In this document: positions 36,326 through 49,559 of the stretch, piece after piece
Position numbering within the stretch: position 1 is the stretch's first letter
How the letters are laid out: the number at the start of each line of letters is the position of its first letter
NCBI RefSeq assembly: GCF_009834535.1
Contig: NC_045707.1
Coordinates: 46,626,001 to 46,690,000 of the forward strand
Length of the DNA: 64,000 nucleotides
Origin: Camelus ferus
Lineage: Eukaryota
Direction: 5' to 3'
The notes under the pieces: generated by a model
Database searches by the model: none
What the model saw: the letters and a program-made list of their open reading frames with translations, nothing else
What the model was told of the DNA's origin: nothing
Made by a program: the position numbers and the translations under genes

Positions 36326-37368
36326 AAGACCTACCTGGAGTGTTTGTTAAAAATGCTATTTTTGGTCTCCTCCTCTCAAAATTCTGATTCAACTTTAGGG
36401 TGAGGTTATATACATCATTTTTCTAATCTGCTGCTGTACTGGATGAACGATTTGGCCAGGGTAAACCATGAACAGCTTCCTGGATGAGGCTGTGCCTGCA
36501 TTGGGCCTGGCTGGTTAAGGTTAATGGAGGGAGAGGGACTTTCCAGGAACAGAAAACAGCACAAATCATATTCATGGGTTAGAGTGTCTGATACAACTTT
36601 TAAGCTGGTGTCACCTCAGGTCCGACTCTCACTGAGGGAAGGAATTGGGTAAAAGAAGAATGTGTGTGGTCTTACTGGATGGCTCCTTTTCCTTCTTCAA
36701 CCTTCCGAGCTGCTGCTATCAAGGTATTTTTAGATGGTCCACACAAACTAATAAGCTGGGGCAGGAGTATGTCAGGGAGAGGACAGACAGGGACAAGACA
36801 GCCAGCAGGCGAGTGACAGCAGTTCAAATCAGCTCCTGCTCTGAGAGCTGAGCTCTACAATAGTGTCTATGTTTGAAACTGTCACAGTGTGAGTTAGAAA
36901 TGGGCCAAAAGGTAGCTCTTAACAATCCACTGAAGGTCTTAGTTGAATGCCCAACAGGGTTCTTTGGAGCTGGCCCTGGCTGTTTGCCCTCCAGAAGTCT
37001 TTTATGTGGCTCACTCTTCATATGACCTCGGGATCAAAAGTTTTCCAAAAAGGGCGAGATATCAGACACTCATAGTTTCCTAGTGAGGTGGGCAAGGGGA
37101 AAGGTGATCTGAAGATGCACATTTAATAAATACGAGGTAGAACCAATGAAATCTGAGCAAGTCACAGAGCTGCAGAGGGAGGAGGGCAGGAGAGGGGGGA
37201 TCAGGAAAGCGTCTAGAAAGAGAAGAAATATAATATTCAAATCTAACTTTGGAGGTAAAAGTGAAATCCTTTTCAGGTTAATATTAGCAACAGAATTAAA
37301 GTAAATTTTGAGATATAAAGACTGGTATTTTTCCCCACAGACCTTGGTAACCTGTGGTTCTTTGTAAC

Positions 37369-37469
37369 CAAGGTGACCAACTTACCCTGGATGGTCTGGG
37401 ACTTTTCCTGGTTTTCAAATTGGAATTCTTATGTCCCAGGAATCCTCTCGGTCCCAGTTGGTCACTCTG
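37369..37469. mobile_element. hAT-Blackjack MITE (MER81-like)
   Basis: TIRs caaggtgaccaac / gttggtcactctg; 8-bp TSD tttgtaac (37361-37368) / tttgtaat (37470-37477). Confidence 0.85.
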
Positions 37470-37700
37470 TTTGTAATAAAGGCATCCCATCCCTTATGCC
37501 TCAGAGAAGAGAGGACACAGGAGAACACAGAGAACGGAAGAGTCAGTTCTCGGCTTCTGAGTTTCAAAACCCAGACCTGGACATGAGGCAGGATGGGTGT
37601 GAGATTGTACGATCATGTAAGGGCAAGGTTTTTCCCTGAGGCCAGATAAAGATTCTGAGATGAGGAGGGGGTAAGGCCAGACAAAAAAGAGACTCAAGAC

Positions 37701-37892
37701 CAGCATTGTCCAGTAGAACTTTCTGGGATGATGGAAGGGTTCTGTAACAAACACTGTACTCTCCAGTATGGTAGCCACCAGCCACATACTGAGCACTTGA
37801 GATGTGGTTAGTATTACCAAGTTAGCGTGTTTTACCCAGTTTAAATTTGAGTGATCCCATGTGGCTAGTGGCTACTGTGTTGGACAGCTCAG
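37701..37892. mobile_element. hAT-Charlie MITE (MER3-like)
   Basis: cagcattgtccagtagaactttctgggatgatggaa...catgtggctagtggctactgtgttggacagc. Confidence 0.88.
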
Positions 37893-38559
37893 TCTTAGAT
37901 ACTACTGGCATCCCTCTAAACAGAGTCACAGGAGCGAGGGACCTGGTTGATGCTAAGTGATGGACTCTTCTGGATAAGACTGGGGAACCAAGAGCAGAAT
38001 GGATGGACCCAAACCTCACTGAAAGGAGATGGGAAGACTCCAGAGGTTCCTAAGCCAGTAATGCATGAGAACAGAAGGTGTATCTGTGCGCCGAGTCAAG
38101 ACAGGTCTAAGGCAGCCTCACAGAGGTTTCCGGGGTCCCAGGATGACACAGGCAATTCAGTGTTTCCTGTGCCCTGTGGAGTAACCCAGACATGACACAT
38201 GGAGTTGGCAGATCTGCAGATGCTTTGTGGTTGGGAACGAGGGAGGGCACAGCGGTGACTCACACAGAACCAAGACTAAATAATATGCAAAGTCATCTCA
38301 GGGACGGGGTGCCACCACAGACAAGGAACAATACAGAAGGACAGATGCCAACCCTCTCATTCTACCATCTTAAATCCACATTAGCTCCCTGGAACTTACA
38401 CAGAATCCTGGCAGAGGCTATGAATTGACAAAGTCTTTTTCATCAGAAGGAAGAGGGGATTTATCATAGACGTTAAGTTCAGATATAGGAAAATAAAGTT
38501 AAATTTCTTGCACAACTAAGTGTATAGACTGAGACTTGTACCCTCTACATGTCACATAC

Positions 38560-38790
38560 TGATGTTTCCTCTTGCATGGTGTTGTGCCAAGTATGTGACA
38601 AACATTACCTAATACAAGTTTACAACAGTCTCTGAAGGAAGTACTGTGATTACCTCCATTCTAAGGATGAGGAAACTGAGGTCCAGAAAATTCTTGTAAT
38701 TTCTTATAGACACCAAGGCTCATAAATGTTAAAGTCAAGATTTCATCCTAGGTTTTGCCTGCCCTCCCAAAATATTTAACCTCTATCCAG
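38560..38790 (-). mobile_element. MIR SINE
   Basis: ctccattctaaggatgaggaaactgaggtccaga. Confidence 0.8.
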
Positions 38791-38939
38791 GTTGGAATCT
38801 ATTACTTTGTCTGCTTTGAATCCTATTTTTTTTTCTAGAAACAATACCCCTCTTCTTTCAAAGAAGCCTTGCCTCACTCCAAATATATGCTTTGAGTGCA
38901 GGATTCCAATCAGGATAACACCTCTCAGACCAGATGAGG

Positions 38940-39920
38940 AAGAAGGAATCATATGGATTCAAACCCCATTTTTGTTTCCTTTTGGACACACAGTGAGGCC
39001 CTATTTTCTAACCTTTGTTACAGTTAAATGGACCGTGTAAATGAGTTCTGGCCAATGGAATGTGGGAATGTGCGAAGATGTGATGTGTTTCATTCACTAT
39101 GGAGAGTGAGGGAGACAGACAGACAGACTGGAAGGTACAAGGAAGCAAAGACATAAATCAGGTTGGAAAAGTATGTCTAGGAAGGATGTGGCTATGGTCC
39201 CTGACATAATACTGAGTAAACACAAAGGGAACAGAAGAACTAGTACATTTATTAGAGAAACCACAGGGCCAAATTTAAAAGGAAAAAAAGTGTTTGTTGA
39301 AGTTGTAAAAATATCTCAGGCCCCTAAACTTACTCCAGGAGGTATGGTCCTAAAGCTATGGAGCCTCCAAGGAGAGCACACTTGTCAGCATCTAGTTCAG
39401 ACATGCCAGGGAGGCTGACAGCAAGGCAGTGTTTCCCAGAAACCAGAAGTAGAACAAATCAAGAAACTTTAGAATGGCTGTGGTCAAGGACTGCTTCTTC
39501 CATTCTTCCCTTTACTGAACGGGAGTTCTAACTTTCAGTATCCTGTTCCTATTCCACCAATGGGTGGGGAGTGGTGGGGGCAGATACCTTGCCTTCCAGT
39601 TCACAGGCCACCAGATCCCAGGGAGCCATGTCTGGGATGGCACAGCATTACTGAGACGGAGCCATGGAGCTGGCTGCCATACCTCGATGGTCTTGGGGGG
39701 GTTTCACTGGGGATATGGTCTGTGCTTTCTGTGTGAGGGACGTAATGGAAATGGGTGAACAGATGGTGAACAGATGGGTGGACTGTGGCAGAGACAATAC
39801 TACGTGGTCAAGAAATCTGGTTTCTTTGTCCTCTTGGTTACCCAGAGAGACTACCCTCCCCAGCTTCTTTTGTAATTTGGTGGAGCCACATGACTGAGTT
39901 CTGGCCAATGGAATGTGTGT
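38940..39920 (+). mobile_element. Decayed MaLR element: LTR piece, internal 3' region, start of second LTR (~39784)
   Basis: gagttctggccaatggaatgtg occurs at ~39043 and ~39896; internal tatcctgttcctattccacca motif; purine-rich tract before tgtggcagag. Confidence 0.65.
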
Positions 39921-40514
39921 GGGTAGATAAGAGAGGGGTGGTAGAGAGGCCCCAAAGGTGGGGTTGAGCCACCACGGGGTAAACCAAAGGAACAGGTGGT
40001 AGATGGACTGTGGATGAATCCTCCGCTCCTATGGACTGGGGCCAGATCTTGGTGGGGGTCACGCCCTCAGAGTTTTCTAGAGAGGACTGCACCGTGGTTG
40101 TGCGGATCAGGTGCTGTACAAAGGAGCCTGGCTGGCAGGGTAAGTGAAGGCTACATTCAAGCCCACACTCTGCTCACCTAGCCACATGTCCTGGCACTTC
40201 TAGGCTTCATCCACCGGGGCAAGGTCGCTCGTGTCTCTACATAAAGCATATTCTCCTCACTAAGCCATGTACTTGTAGGGCTCTGCCTGCTAGAGGGAGA
40301 CATGGGTTTCCCACTGGTTCTCCCCCTCTCCTAGGGGATGCCCTTTCTAATCTACACAGAAGAGCCACATGGGCTAGCATGGTGGCTCTGTCTGAGAGTT
40401 TTGCATCAGCTGAGGGCTGTGGGGTCAGACTTCTGACCACATCCTCACAATGGCCTTGCTTTTACAGGTAGTAAAGTCACAAGACTTTGGCTCCCTGAAT
40501 AGCTTTTATTTTGG

Positions 40515-40550
40515 AAAAACAAAAACAAAAACAAAAACAAAAACAAAACA
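40515..40550 (+). repeat. (AAAAAC)n microsatellite
   Basis: About six units read directly. Confidence 0.9.
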
Positions 40551-41159
40551 GTATAGCCTATTTTCAAAGGAGTGTTGAGTGACATTATCTGCTTCTTCCT
40601 CCTATTTATGGTAGGCAGACAGTGAGGTGCTCTCTGAGTGTTCTGACAGCTCTCAGAACTACCAAGAACTGCTGAGAACTTGTGCTCATGTTTGTTATGA
40701 TCATTTTTCTTCTTGCCTCCTTGATTTGGTATTTCTAGTAAACCTCCTCATTAAAGCAATATTAAGCCAACTCATAAATATGGATATAGTCTTCTTAATT
40801 ATCTGTTGGTGGATATGGACTCTGATAAATTTACATAATGAGCTTTTAAAACATGCAGATGCATTTTACAATCAGGCCCAGGTGGGGGATGGGAGAGGTA
40901 AAACTTGGAAGGAAAAACAAGCTTACTCTCGACAATACCAAAGGTGCCAGCTAGAGAAAGCTTGAAGTCTGAAGGAGTAAATCTGTACTGTTGAGGAGCT
41001 TACTTCCTCCGCATAGATTTCAGATAACATTAGGGAATGTTGTCAAGATAGAAGCAAGGCCAAGTAAAATGGAATTACATCCTATTCCAAATGCGGAGAG
41101 TAGAACTAATAAATCAGAACAGCAGTAAAGCTGTCAAGGCTTGGGAGCCATAACTGGTG

Positions 41160-41550
41160 TCAACACTACTACATTCATCAGTATCTAACATCTGGTTCCC
41201 CTCTCTTCTGGGCACATGGGAGGGGCACGCTCTCCCACCCTTGAAATCAGGTATGGCTGTGAAAGGTGAGCAGAGGCGATATTGGTCACTTTGGGACAAA
41301 AATACTTAAGAGCCATTTTGCAAGTTTCCAAGTTCTCTTCATTTTGCTGTGAGTCTGGAGACATCCCAAACAGTAGAGCACCTGTCAGCCTAAGTCCTGG
41401 ACTAGGGGGTTGCCATGGGGCCAACACCACCATCAATACGTGCTGGATATGTAGCATCAGTAGAAATAAGCCTTTGTTGTTTAAGGCACTGAGATTGGGG
41501 GTTTTTTTTGTTGTTGTTATAGCAACAAAGCCAAGCCCATCTGAACTGAT
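41160..41550 (+). mobile_element. Old MaLR solo LTR (MLT1J/K-like)
   Basis: ttctgggcacatgggagg...agaaataagcctttgttgtttaaggcactgagattgggg...ttgttatagcaac...ctgaactgata. Confidence 0.8.
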
Positions 41551-42149
41551 AAAATTGGGACCTGAGACTTGGAATACTATTCTAGGAAAAACTTTCATTG
41601 GAAACTTGAATCTAACAGCTCGATTCTGAAGGAGTTTTGTGGCCCAGAAACAGATTAAGGAAGCTAAAACAAACCCCTCTTCCTTGTTCTCCCAAAGGGA
41701 CCATTCATGTGGGTTCCCAAATCTTACACATAAAAGACAGCATGATCTCTCCAGATTTACTGGGCTGGCTGACATTTCTGTCCAGCTTGAGTGCAGGCTC
41801 CTGAAGGCTGTCAAAATTTGATATTCAGAATAAGTAAATGTAGTCAATGTATCTGATCCATCTAAAGGGCTATTATGAGGGTGAGTGGTGATTTCTGATA
41901 AATTCATTCTGTTAAAAAAATTGAGCTCCCTCAGATAAAAATCGCAATATAAATCTTTACTCCATACTGATATCCTGACAGAGGAGAAAATCAGAAAGGA
42001 GTGATACCAGAAAGGTCCTAAATAAGAAACTGGTTTTCATTCACAGAAGCAACAGAGGAGCTGGATACAGTTTCAGGACCTGTAAGAAGCAGCAGGTCCC
42101 AGAGTGAGAAATTTTCTCTCCTTGTAACCTGAAGGAGATAAAAGTAACA

Positions 42150-42280
42150 TACTTTCCCCCCTATGTTCCAATAATTTTCTAAATTATCTGTTACTCATTT
42201 ATTCATCACAGAACCCTATGAGGTATCCTCAGTTTACATATGAGGAAACTGAGTCACAGAGCGGTCAAGTCACTTGTCCT
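42150..42280 (-). mobile_element. MIR SINE fragment
   Basis: ccctatgaggtatcctcagtttacatatgaggaaactgagtcacagagcggtcaagtcacttg. Confidence 0.85.
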
Positions 42281-43553
42281 CTGGATTTTGCGCTCAGGTA
42301 CCCTAGCTCAGGAATCTGTGCTGATCATTGTATTGGCATGTTAGGTGCTTCTCTATCTACAAAATTCAAGCAACATGAAGGGAGTGCAGGTTTAAAAAGC
42401 CAAAAGATGGATGGAGAGATGGGTGAATTAGAAGGAAAACTATCATTAAAGGATCATGTTCAAAATAAGGTACCATTGTGACTTTCAACCAAAGAAAAGA
42501 TGAACACATGTATAAGATTTTATTTCATTCATTAATTAATGAGGGAACCAGTAAGGTGTTTCAACTTTTCTTTCAAAGGAGAACTCAAGTACTACATATA
42601 TATGGACTGATCAGGAATTTGAGAAAGGAATTTACAAATGGATATAAGACTGGCAGAAAGGGGCAGTATCCAGAGAGTGGCACCATTTGCATTCCGCTGG
42701 ACACAACTTACATTTCTACGAAAGAAATTATCTGCATTACCATCAGTTCTCTCCAAGATAACTTCTATCTCTGCAGGGTTGTAAACAGGTACACACATTT
42801 ATGGAATCTGATGATCCTTGACTCTCCACTCAAAAGATATCCAGTCATCTCTTTTTCCCATTTCAAAATACCCCACAATTTTCCTCTACAACATTTTTTG
42901 TCTTTGTAGTTACGGAGCTGAGAAAGTCCTAGATTTTTTTGCCTCTGTGAGCAGAGATTTGGGAAAAAAGAGATGGGATTCTTATCCATCTTGTCATCTA
43001 GCTGAGAAGGTCATTTCTAACATATGGTCCTTTATGACAAACATTAAAAAAAAAAAAACCTGTGTGTCTCTAATATTATTTAAGATTTCAAGTCAAATGT
43101 CTTCACCAACAACAAACTCAGCAATGCCCCCAACCCACCCACACAATTCGGATATACCCCTATATGTCATACCTTCCTCCTCTGCATTAAAAAGCACGGG
43201 TCAAGTAAAGTGGACTTGGGAGGAAAAAACTGAAAACATGACAGCTGTTTTTGAGTACTTTCTATCTATTCTCCTGAGAACAAATTTCTTTTGGAGTTCC
43301 AGACAGTAACATTAACCAAGAGGTGGAAATGACAGAGATGCAGATTTTTATTGAACAAAAGAAACGCAGTTTCGCCTCTAAAGATGTTTTCACCAAAGAA
43401 TCAGGCTGCCTTTTCAGATAACAACACCCCTCCCCACCACTTGAGTGGCTGGCAGAGGCTGTACATCTCCTGTTAGGGATGCTGTTGGGGTTAGTACTGC
43501 CCACAGACCCTTAGAGGAACAAGGTGGACTCTGTCTGGGACCCAAGCTTTAAA

Positions 43554-43730
43554 GCAGTGGCTCTCAAGCTGTAGTATGCATGAGAATCACGGGAGAGCTT
43601 GGAAAACATTCAGATTCTTGCCACCCCACCGTCTGCTTCCCAAGACTCAGATTCAGTTGGGGGAGGGGCTGAGATTCTGCTTTCCAGAGGCGCTCCCAGG
43701 TGATGCTGTGCAGCCCTCCCAGGTCTGCAC
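43554..43730. mobile_element. MER5-like hAT MITE
   Basis: gcagtggctctcaagctgtagtatgcatgagaatcacggg...ctcccaggtgatgctg. Confidence 0.8.
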
Positions 43731-43982
43731 CTTGGGTGGACCTTCTTCAGAGGGCCCTGTGCAGACCCTCCTCCTGCTGCACTCAGCCTTTCAGGATGTC
43801 TGTGGGCTAAGAGGATGCACCCGTCTAGAGCCTAGACCCCTCCCTCTGTAGATCACTCCTGGGGTACTTCCTACAAGTCCCAGACTTCTTTCTTGGGCCT
43901 ACATAGCCTCCTCCTCTTGATTCAGCCTCCTGAGGAGACTGTTAGTTAGTTTTTAATTTAAATCAGAGATGGATATGGGGTC

Positions 43983-44479
43983 TGTGAGGGTTGACTTGTG
44001 TCCCCCCAAACATGCTGAAGTTCTAAGCACTGGCACCTGTGAATGTGACTTTATTTGGAAACAGGGTCTTTGCAGATGTCATCTTGTAAGATGTAAAGTT
44101 GAGGTTACTAGAGCTTGCCCTAATCCAACATGACTGATGTCATTGTAAGAAGAGGGACATTTAGATAGAGACAAATACAGAGAGGAGAATGCTGCATGAA
44201 GACACAGACACACCCAGCGAGAACACCAGGAGACGACAGAGGGAGAGTGTGGAGTGATGAGCCTCAAACCAAGGGAGGCGACGCACCAATGGCATCACCA
44301 GAAGCTGGGCAAGGGAAGGGTCTCCCCTAGAGCCTTCAGAGGGTGTTGAACTGAATGGCTGTGCCAACACCTTGATTTTGGAGTTCCAGCCTCCAGAACT
44401 GCCAGACAATAAGTTTCTGTTGTTTTAAAGCCACCTGGTTGGGTACTTAGGTACAGCAGGCACTGGAAACATGTATACA
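43983..44479 (+). mobile_element. MaLR solo LTR (MLT1C-like)
   Basis: tgtgagggttga...gtgaatgtgactttatttggaaacagggtctttgcagatg...gccaacaccttgattttggagttccagcctccagaactg...taca. Confidence 0.92.
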
Positions 44480-46559
44480 GGGATTCTGGTTCCACAGGGA
44501 AGCTTCCCTGAAAGGCAGAGTTGGTTGACTGAAGAGCAGACCCCCTTTAGGAGAGGATGGGGAGGAAGTGAAGAAGGGTTGTTTCATTCCCCAAAGGGTA
44601 ATAAAAAGAAGACAGAGACTAGAAAAGAGTGAGAACAATGGTTGAGAGGAGTTTGCATTTGCCTTGAAGTGGAGGAAAAATGCCAGTTAAAAGCGGATGA
44701 GAAGGTAGAGGGGAAAAGAGGAAATCATGACAGGAAGAAACAGAATCAGCAGTTGTACCAGAGGCTGACATTGCTGTTAGATTTCCTTAGTTAGTGTGAG
44801 TCACACATTTAACACACACACTACTAATAACAACAACAACAACAAACCTGTGTTCTGTTTTTGTTCTCCACTCCTTCCTTTATGGCCCCAGGTTTACAAA
44901 CACATGAGCATCTAAATACTTGTTACGACATGACCAAAAGTCAGAGCATCAGATGCTTCCTGAAGCTGTGCTTGCTGATTATGTTGTAAAGAATCACTGC
45001 TTCCACTGTTTTCTCCTACAAAAAGGTCATTGAATGGAGGAGTGGTTAGGAGCATCAGGGACTAACTTCATTATCTGGCTTGTTTTTTCCTTTCTATTTT
45101 CCAATAGCCTGTAAGCCCTTCTGTCTCTCGGCTCTGGACACATCATCACACTCACTGACAGACACTGATAAACACAACTCCCCAAGGGCTGTGATTCCAA
45201 CTTCCTCTCAAATCCAGAAAATTCCACCCTGGTCCCCAAGCCCCTAGATTCTCACAAGAGTCCAGTGGGCACCCAGGAGTTGGGACTGCTTACAAGGGAA
45301 CATCTGGCTTGCTGGTCAATGGAAGATTTTGTGGTGAGGGGCAAAAAAGAAACAGAAGGGATCCAAGTGACTTCTTCTCTCCCTGTTCCTTGCATCAAAT
45401 AGAAGAGACAACTAGACTGTGGCCTTAAGTGGTTTTCGCTGACTTGACTCTTTCACAGCTCTGTAGATGGAGTGGAGTAGAATTCATGGCAGAAAGGCCC
45501 AAAGGCCAAATGAGAAGCATGCAGGGAAGGAATGTGGTGGAGACAACTCTCTGGGAAATCAGAACCAGAAAAACAAGGGAAAAGGCCAGAGGAGGCAAGG
45601 TGTTTGAGGCTGAGCCTTGGGGTGATTCTTTTTCTGGAGTCATCCCACAGTTCTCAAGAATAAAATTCCTACCCAAGCCACCAAAGTTTTAGGATGACAC
45701 TTGGTTTCCCAACTGCTCTCTCTCCAAGTATGGGGAGAAGTGGAAAAAGCTTTAGAAGAAAACTTGGTGAGAGGGTAAAACCTACATTTCAAATCTCTCT
45801 ACTACCCAAGAGTTGGTCCATTAACAGGACCTTCCACCAATCCCTAGGTTGTACCTAAGTTTGGGGCTACCGAAGTGCTCAAATATTGATGGAGGGTTGA
45901 TAGAAGGGAAGTGGCTAACCCCTAATGCTAACCCTTCATCTCCATCTGTCTATACTGACATCCACTGATATGCTCTCCCTTCCATCTGGCCTCCTATCAG
46001 GAGTCTACTCAAATGGCCACCTGTCTGTCTGTCCAGGCACCACACTCAGCTGGACAATAGTGGTCATAGGCAAGGCTTGGTGCCAGTGAACTCTGCCAGG
46101 CTTGCCCTGTGTTTTCCCCTCCCTCCAGCCCTGGAAGCCAGGTGTAGTTCTCTACGACCTCTGATCCTCCAAATCCACCTGTGGTTTCTACTATTCCTCT
46201 CCCCAGGACTAGGATGGGGACAGTGAGTCAGAAAGCAGAGCCCCTTCCCAGGGACACAGATATCTTAGGTCTCATGCTTTCCCTGCATCCTTTTTGTGCC
46301 TCAGTCTATAGAACCTTCATCTAATCTGGGGTGGGCAAAACTGATTGGGACCTCTCACATATTCTTTAAAAACTGTATGTTATAAAATATATGCCCTGAG
46401 TCCTTCAAGGCTTTGGTCCAATTTCTTAAAGCCAAGATTTTGATGACTTTGTTTTCCTGTTTCAGTGTCACAATCCTTCCTTGAAGCAGTATATAGAACA
46501 ATTTATCTGGGGGCTGGACTGGAGGAAGGTTCTGGAGGTAAAAGGAAGTCATCAGAATA

Positions 46560-46960
46560 TCATCAAATTACAATGTCATATTAGGATGCTATAAAGTGTA
46601 GACTTATCCTAGAAGCAATGTGGGAGACAGTGATAGGTTTGAGGACAGATTTGAGAAGAGCAAGCCTGGATGCAGGTGTCTCCATTCAGGATCCTTGGGA
46701 AAAATCAAGGCAAAAGATGATTATGGACTGACTTAAAATGTGGGATTCGAGAGAAACACGTTTTTAGATGTGTAGAACCTAGTGTCAATAATACTTGGTG
46801 GCTCTTTACATATGGAAAGTGAGGGTGAGGGTATGGGAGGAATCCAGGGTGACTCTCAAGTTTATGACTTAGGAGACCAAATGTATAGAATGTCACCAAA
46901 AAAAAAAAAAAAAAAAAAAACCCAAGGAATGTAGGAAGGAGGACACGTTTGGGTTGTACA
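46560..46960 (-). mobile_element. L2 fragment
   Basis: gacttatcctagaagcaatg...ggaggaatccagggtgactctcaagttt. Confidence 0.7.
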
Positions 46961-46997
46961 CTCTGCCAAAGAGAGGCTAATTCATGCAGTGGAAACA

Positions 46998-47480
46998 GTA
47001 TGGCCTCTCTACTACTGTGTGACAAGTCACCACAAATTTAGGGGCTTAAAACAACACATACTCATTATTTCAAAATTTTTATGGGTTAGGAATCTGCACA
47101 TGGCTTAGCTGTGCTCTCCAATTTAGGGTCTCTCATAAGGCTGCAATTAAGGCATTGAACAGGACTGGGGTCTCATTTGAAGGCTCAACTGAGGAAGGAT
47201 CAGCTTCCAATCTCACTTACTTGGTGTTGGCAGTATTCAGTTCCTTTAGTGCTGTTGGACAGAGATTTCTCTTAGTTCTTCCAAGTAGGCTTACCTAATA
47301 CAGTCACTTGCTTCATTAAAGATAGCAAGGGAAAGAATCATAGAGTCTGCTCTTAGGGTGGAAGTTACTATCACTTGTAACCTAATCCTGGAAGCAACAT
47401 TCTTTCACCTTTGCCATATGCTATTCATTGCAAGCAAGTGACTAGGTCCAGTCCACGTTCAAGGGGAAGGAATTACACAA
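46998..47480 (-). mobile_element. MaLR solo LTR (MLT1)
   Basis: cacaaatttaggggcttaaaacaacac...ggttaggaatctg...tttgccatatgctattcattgcaagcaagtgactaggtccagtccac. Confidence 0.85.
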
Positions 47481-47829
47481 GGACAATACAGGCTCCCAAA
47501 TGGGTCTACATTCTATTGACTTATTGTCAATTCCTTTACTGTGAATGGTGCCCTGCATTTCAAATTGGTTTTCACACTGGCTTCATTTCTGAATACTGTC
47601 ATTTGGTGCCACAGAGACAAACAGATCTCTTTCTGTGTTATTGTTTGCCTAAAGGCCCAATTTTAGTAGTGGTAAGAGAAGATGTCTCAGACAAGGGCTG
47701 TCATTTCCCAGCCTTTGAGGGATCCTGCTCTAGTGGGCTGAGTAATTTGTTAGAGACTAAAGGGATGGGGAGGGGATGAAATGTCACCATCAACCAGAAA
47801 ACATGCTCGCATGATTTCTTCCTGTGTCT

Positions 47830-48170
47830 GGCAAGGCTTTTAATTGTTTCTAAAGAAATCAACCAGCTGATGTTAACCATATGGAACTGTTAAAACATGG
47901 GGTAACAGAATAATACAGTTGGATCATGTTTCTTTAGTTGTCTGTAAAATGGCATGTAATTTGTAAACCAAAAATGATGCCTGAGGCAACAATCACAGCA
48001 AGGTTCTTCATTTGAAATTCCTCTCAAATTTTTCCCAAAATGATTCCAAAGGGATGGCACTCTTTAAAATGTTTCATCTTAATGGTATTCCTTAAAGGAT
48101 CATTTCACTTGCAATTATTTTTTATAAACCCAATCACCTGCCTAATCCAATTGATTATGAGTCCTTCCTC
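47830..48170. promoter_or_regulatory. Candidate enhancer-like unique element
   Basis: TFAP2-consensus tgcctgaggca 47978-47988 abutting aacaat (SOX); tgtaaac (FOX); E-boxes cagctg and catatg. Confidence 0.3.
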
Positions 48171-48924
48171 CCCTTCTGCACTTCATATTGTGCAGTATTT
48201 TCTTTACTACTGGTGCTCCAGGGGTCCCTATTTGGTCACCATTTCAGTAGATGTGTCATGTACTTGCTCTGGGCAGTAGGACAGGGATTCTGAGTGTCTC
48301 TGTATAAAGTCTCCAGAAGGTATTCTTTTAGCTTGGGTTTTATAAAGACCTAATTTAGAGATAAGGATTAAAACTACATGATGGGAGGAAATATATATTG
48401 CTAAGTTATGGTTAAATGAAATATGCTGTATGCAATAGACATATGTTATATGCAATAGAGCAAATAACACATGGCTTTAGATACAGTGTGACTCTGGCAC
48501 TAATGACCAATTCCTTCCTGAATTACAATGAGGACAGATTCTCTCCAGGAGGGTCTGGAGTGAAGTTTCAGTCTTGCTCTTGTTCCAGTAGCTCTTTTAT
48601 GGCCCTGGGTGTATTTCTCTGACTCTTGTTAGGCATTTTTCATTCTACAGTGGTCCAAGCCTGATGTCATGAGAACCCAGATGGGCATGTATCTGGACCA
48701 AGGCTGCTGAACTAACTACAGAGGACTTTCTGTCTGTCTGCCTGTCCGTCTATCTGTCTCTGTGTTTATCTTACTCCATAATGGTTCAAAGTTTAGGTTT
48801 TAGACTTTCAATCTCAAGGACTGAAACAGATTTCTACTCTGGTTTTTTCTATTCCTACTGCATGAATCAGTGGGGCTCCTGAAATTGTGGCAATATGTTC
48901 TTCCAAAGGCAAACATAGTCTGCA

Positions 48925-49118
48925 CTAGGGCTTCTCTCACTTCAGTGTACGTGAGAGTCACCAGGGGTACTTGTTAAAAACACAGATTTCTAGATCCCAC
49001 TCTGACAACTGAATCAGAATATGTGAGAGTGGAGTTCAGAACTCTACTTTTTAAAACAAACTTTTGAGATGACTCTGGCATCTTTTGGTCAGACGACTCC
49101 CTCTGTGAAAAGCACTGC
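48925..49118. mobile_element. MER5A-like hAT MITE
   Basis: agagtcaccaggggtacttgttaaaaacacagatttctagatcccac...ctgaatcagaat...ctgtgaaaagcactgct. Confidence 0.85.
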
Positions 49119-49559
49119 TTATAAGATGCCCTCCCCTGTAATGGGAAGATTCTAGAGGATTTCTCAACTTTAGTTAAGGAATAAATATATCCTGTTCTGA
49201 ATGATATCTGAAAGTCCTCCATTACTCAAAAGGACTTTTTTCTTAAATGGTTTTCGTACTCCAACTTTCAAACATACTTCACTAAATTCTTGCTGCTTAA
49301 CTGGGTGTTGTGGCCACTTAACTCAAGCAACAGTGAAAATGCTCACACCTGCAATGCTGGGATATGGAAAAGCAGTGAACCTGCCACGTTTGTCCCAACT
49401 GACAAGTGTCTGGGAGAGCATTTTTTAAAAAAGATTTTTTAGCTTTCTAAAGATATTTCCAAATAAATGCCCAACAAGATTGTAACCTCCTTAAAGGCAG
49501 CAGCAACAACAAAAAAACTCCTATACTTCCCTGACAGAATTATTAACCTCCATTTTCTG

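Larger units (their letters stand above)
34928..36410. mobile_element. MER5-like MITE split by L1 (pieces ~34928-34966 and ~36333-36410)
   Basis: ggttttcaaactttagtgagtatagaagcacctg ... cctggagtgtttgttaaaaatgct...aaattctgattca. Confidence 0.65.

Noticed and set aside
41185..41907. Longest ORF (240 aa, minus strand)
   Set aside because: About half is antisense MLT1 LTR; no recognisable domain or exon structure; most likely a chance ORF
42478..43309. Overlapping 143 aa and 163 aa ORFs
   Set aside because: Non-ATG starts, crosses a poly(A) run, no recognisable protein similarity
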